From the NCBI GenBank assembly GCA_951406725.2, contig OX597830.1, positions 75,702,001-75,766,000 of the forward strand: 64,000 nucleotides of DNA. The letters run 5' to 3'. The stretch comes from Octopus vulgaris. Taxonomy: Eukaryota. Below, piece by piece: positions 60,000-64,000 of the stretch. How positions within the stretch are numbered: position 1 is the first letter of the stretch; every line of letters starts with the position of its first letter. The position numbers and the translations under genes were made by a program. The notes under the pieces were generated by a model, which saw only the letters and a program-made list of their open reading frames with translations, ran no database searches and was not told where the DNA came from.

Positions 60000-61449
60000 T
60001 TTTTTGCATTAAGGAGTGGTTCTCCAGTTTTATCAACAGTGAAAAAGTGGGCAACTTAATTTAGGGAGGGAAGGGAGAGTCTTGAAAATGGCCCAAGGTC
60101 GGAACATCCTGCAACGGCCACCACTCTCTCTTGGTTCAGTCATTTGACTGTGGCCATGCTGGAGCACCGCTTTTAGTCTAGCAAATCGACCCTTGGACCT
60201 TTTCTTTGTAAGCCTAGTACTTATTCTATCGGTTTCTTTTGCCGAACTGCTAGGTTACAGGGACTTAAACACACCAGCATCGGTTGTCAAGCGATGTTGA
60301 GGAAAAAACAGACACAAGAACATATACACACACATACTTACATACATACATACATGCATACATATATATATATATGCATATATACGACGGGCTTCTTTCA
60401 GTCTCCGTCTACCAAATCCACTCACAAGGCTTTAGTTGGCCCGAGGCTATAGTAGAAGACATATGCTCAAGGTGCCACGCAGTGGGACTGAACCTGAAAC
60501 CATGTGGTTCGTAAGCAAGGTACTTACCACACAGCCACTCCTACACTTGAGGAAAATATTGATCGTGTTCACCACATGACGATGAATGACAGGCGATTGA
60601 CAATAAATCAAATAGACAATGTTGGTAGGATATCCCGTGAGAGAGTTGAGAATACTCTACACAATAAACTTGGTATGACGAAGGTTTATACTAGATGGAA
60701 ACCGTGTTTCTGACACCTGATCAAAAAGACGCCAGACTAATGACATTAAGGGAAATTTGAAATTATTTGAGGTGGATCCAGTGGGTTTTCTTGAAGGTTT
60801 CCTAAGCCAGGATGTGTGTTGGGTTCATCCCTTTGAGCCAGAGACAAAGAAATACTCCATGTTGTGGAAACACTCCTCACCTACGCTTAAGAAGGTCGTT
60901 TTATTTGCAGGGAAGGCGATGACTCAGTGTTTTTGGAAGCAAAAGTCATTGTTTATTGACTATCATCAAAAGAGTCACACCATCAATGGAGAGCACTATG
61001 CTATCTTTCTGAGGCAGTTACGATTGGCTACCAAAACCAATCGCCCACGAAAAATGTCGAAAGGATGTCCTGCCTCATCAGGACAATGCTCCATAACACA
61101 AGTACTTGGTTTCAATGGTCTTTTTTACTTGACTGTAGCTTTGAACTGGTTGATACCCTCCCTATTCCTGGTTTGTCCCCATCTGACTATCATCTTTTCC
61201 CAAACATGAAAAATCACATGGCTGGGAACCAGTATCGGATTGATGATGATGTCATATCTTGTGTTGATGACTAATTTTTTACCAACAGGATGAAAGCTTC
61301 TTCACCAATGGAACTCAAAGAGAGCAGTAGCGATAGAAGAAGTGTGTGGACGACTGAAAGCGGGTCTATGTTGAAAAATAAACCTCATTTTGGTCACATT
61401 TCATGAGAGTATTTTGGTCGGTCAATGAACTTTTCAGTTGTCTCTCGTA
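60000..61449 (+). mobile_element. Mariner transposase pseudogene with 3' TIR, split by a SINE
   Basis: STVKKWA..GRESLENGPRS | EENIDRV..DRRLTI..LGMTKVYTRWKP..WVHPFEPETK..HTING..QDNAP..LSPSDYHLFPNMK; ends aacttttcagttgtctctcg|TA; 5' limit approximate. Confidence 0.9.
60127..60543 (-). mobile_element. Full-length SINE family B nested in the mariner ORF
   Basis: Reverse complement of the family B consensus; the mariner protein similarity resumes on either side. Confidence 0.92.
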
Positions 61450-64000
61450 ACAAATTTATATTCATAAATCACTGCTTACTGCTACTAATCTGCATACACA
61501 CACACTTCTGTGTGCGTGTGAATATACGCATATAATCTGAAAGAATCATACACTAGTTTCATTCTTCCTTTCCCCTCCGCTAGATTGTCTTATATCATTT
61601 TTTATTTTTCGTTTTTTTTTTTCTTTGTCAGATATGCATCTGTTTATTGTAAATTCTAGGCCGTATGGGGACTGTCTACGACAAACCAATACTTACTCTG
61701 ATCCCCACTGATGCGTTGTGGCTTGCTGTTTTAATCTATAGAACTTTTCAGTTAAGCATAATATGCAATGACTGTATCCATTAGTGTGTAATTTGCATTT
61801 ATCACCAATGCAACATATTACTGAAACACCTACCTTTCTATGATACCTCAGATTTCATATGAATTAGGACAAGTTCGTAAAGTCTATATTCCTTCGTTTG
61901 AATGCATGCATTTAGTTGTTAAAACGAATTTTGAAAGCATTCATGGTCAAACTCCTATTACTCTTTTATTCTTTTCGATATTTTCGGGAATTTTATCGGT
62001 GTTTTTTATATATTAATATTTGGAAAGGCAATGCACTGTAAACTCATAGATAGCGGATATTTTGCAGGTATATAAGGTCTGTTAGAATAAGATTTGTCTA
62101 TGTGTGAGCGTCTGCTAGCACTTTTGAGATTTTGGAAGAGATTAGTTCTAAGCATGAGCAGCAAGCTTCAACATAATTAATGACAAGTTTTTTTGCTTTG
62201 ACGGCGGAAAATATTATCTTACTAGAAATTGAACTTCGTAGTTATACAAGGAATTGTATTCATGTTTGCAGGTGGATGAAATCCGATATTATTCCTCTAG
62301 CTGCCCTTTCACTGGTCCTTGTATACTAGCCTCTCGCTAAAACTATTTCTGGTCAGAGCATCGTTTTTATAGTATGTGTCCTGTTAGAGAAATTCCTGTA
62401 TGACGACATATCAGTGATTTCTCATTTATTACATTTGCAAGTCTTCCAGTTACTGCAGGAGTTTGATGGATATAAATTTATATATATATATGTATGGTGT
62501 CCCTTTATACCCTTCTGTCTGCGTGGTGTATGTAGTCTTTAAGTTTTTGCTAGGAATAATATTTACACCGAAATCTTTGAATACACCAATAGATTCTTTT
62601 CTATTATTGCTGGCGTAGTGATTTATAGAATGAGAGAATGATAAGCCGTTATCGGTGTACAATTTGTGGCTATGAGTTGTGGTGCATTCTGACCGTCTGA
62701 AAAAATAACAGCATCACTACTCAGATAGATACAACTCCTTCCCATATTCACATGGAGTCATAAAAAAAGAGGACACTGCCTTTATTGACCCAATAGAAAA
62801 CGCCATATTATAACAGCGAGTTCCTTGTGTAACCTATTCACTAATTATAGAAGCCTAAGGCTTTGCAGCTGAATGATTCCGATATAGTCGACAAGCTTTC
62901 GATCAGAAGTCTGTAGGTATAACCACATGCGTATGACGTGAGTCTAAGAGATTAATTTGGTTCGTTTTCTAAAAATTCTTTATTGTACCGATTCTGAAAA
63001 GAAAATTGTTATTTCGATGCAAGGAAAGCACTACACAACGGCACATCTGCTGCGCTATTAATCAAAACTTGTGGAACTCCTAATTTTGAAGTTAACTGTG
63101 TCAAAAATACAGTTACTAAAAATACTTCATTCAACAATGCCGTTGCTAAAAATATTTGATTTCTAGGAGGTGATTAGCCTACATTTTAGCTTAGTGAGGA
63201 CATAGTCTTGAGGTCCTTAAAAGTTGTATAAAGTTTGTGCATAAAAAATCTGGGCTTGTAATCTATATTTTACTGGGATACGAGCTACTTGGCTTCTGTA
63301 TTTATTGCTGGCTTTGTGAATTTCTTTTTTTGTGAGAGTGTGTGTGTATGTATTGTGAAGTTTACATATATTTTTGATTAGTATGTATACATGTGAACGT
63401 TAGACGATTATTTGAACGCTTTACATACACATACACAAAAGCTCACTCACGCACACGCACGCATACACACACACACACACACACACAAACAAACAAACAC
63501 CCCACACACATATACACACTTAGACGGTGTATATACTGTGTGGATCCGTACGTATTTGTAGGGGAGGGCTGTTTGTGTCTAGCAAATTATTTTTTAATGA
63601 AATTTTCTCACCGTGTTTTGTGTGTGTGTATGTATGTGTATATCTGTGCATGTGTGTGCGTGTGTGTATCTACGTACATTTGAATGTGTGTTCAATGTAT
63701 CAAATGTTTCATTTTGTTTATTCTTTAAAGCGTTTTTCATGCTGTTATTAACTTTTATTTTAAAGTCATTTGTATATTTACTTTTGCATATATTATAATT
63801 TATTATTTTAATTTAGTAATTAATTAACTGGGGAGGATTGACAGGACTAAATACCAGTTTTTGGCGGAGAAATCATGACAAAAAAATAAATATATTTTAA
63901 TTAGGGAGTTCCGACCATGTTGAATTCAAATACCAACATTGACAAATTCTATATTTATTGCACTAGATTTGACAGATGACTACAAAACGAAATATAATTA

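Overview
AT-rich, microsatellite-saturated animal genomic DNA. The tRNA-derived SINE families present suggest an octopod cephalopod (inference from remembered Octopus SINE sequences). No complete protein-coding gene is visible, and almost all listed ORFs are translations of simple repeats. The window holds more than 20 copies of three SINE families, 5'-truncated R4/Dong-type LINE ends in (TAA)n arrays, an RTE-type RT remnant, a Penelope GIY-YIG remnant, a non-autonomous Helitron, and four Tc1/mariner-superfamily relics. One good candidate first coding exon (signal peptide, phase-1 intron) lies at 50722-50788. The most notable signal is about a dozen type I hammerhead-ribozyme (HHR) motifs or relics, carried by several different short elements that mostly sit in or next to (TA)n arrays. 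They include near-canonical copies (26185, 41569, 52943), a fold-back element whose core has a compensatory U3-A8 pair replacing C3-G8 (18.3-19.0 kb), a family with a recurrent A6U core (22.4 and 54.5 kb), and a TSD-flanked 1.2-mer of a 361-bp unit resembling a reverse-transcribed circular retrozyme (58.2-58.6 kb). All structures were folded by eye and no activity is demonstrated.
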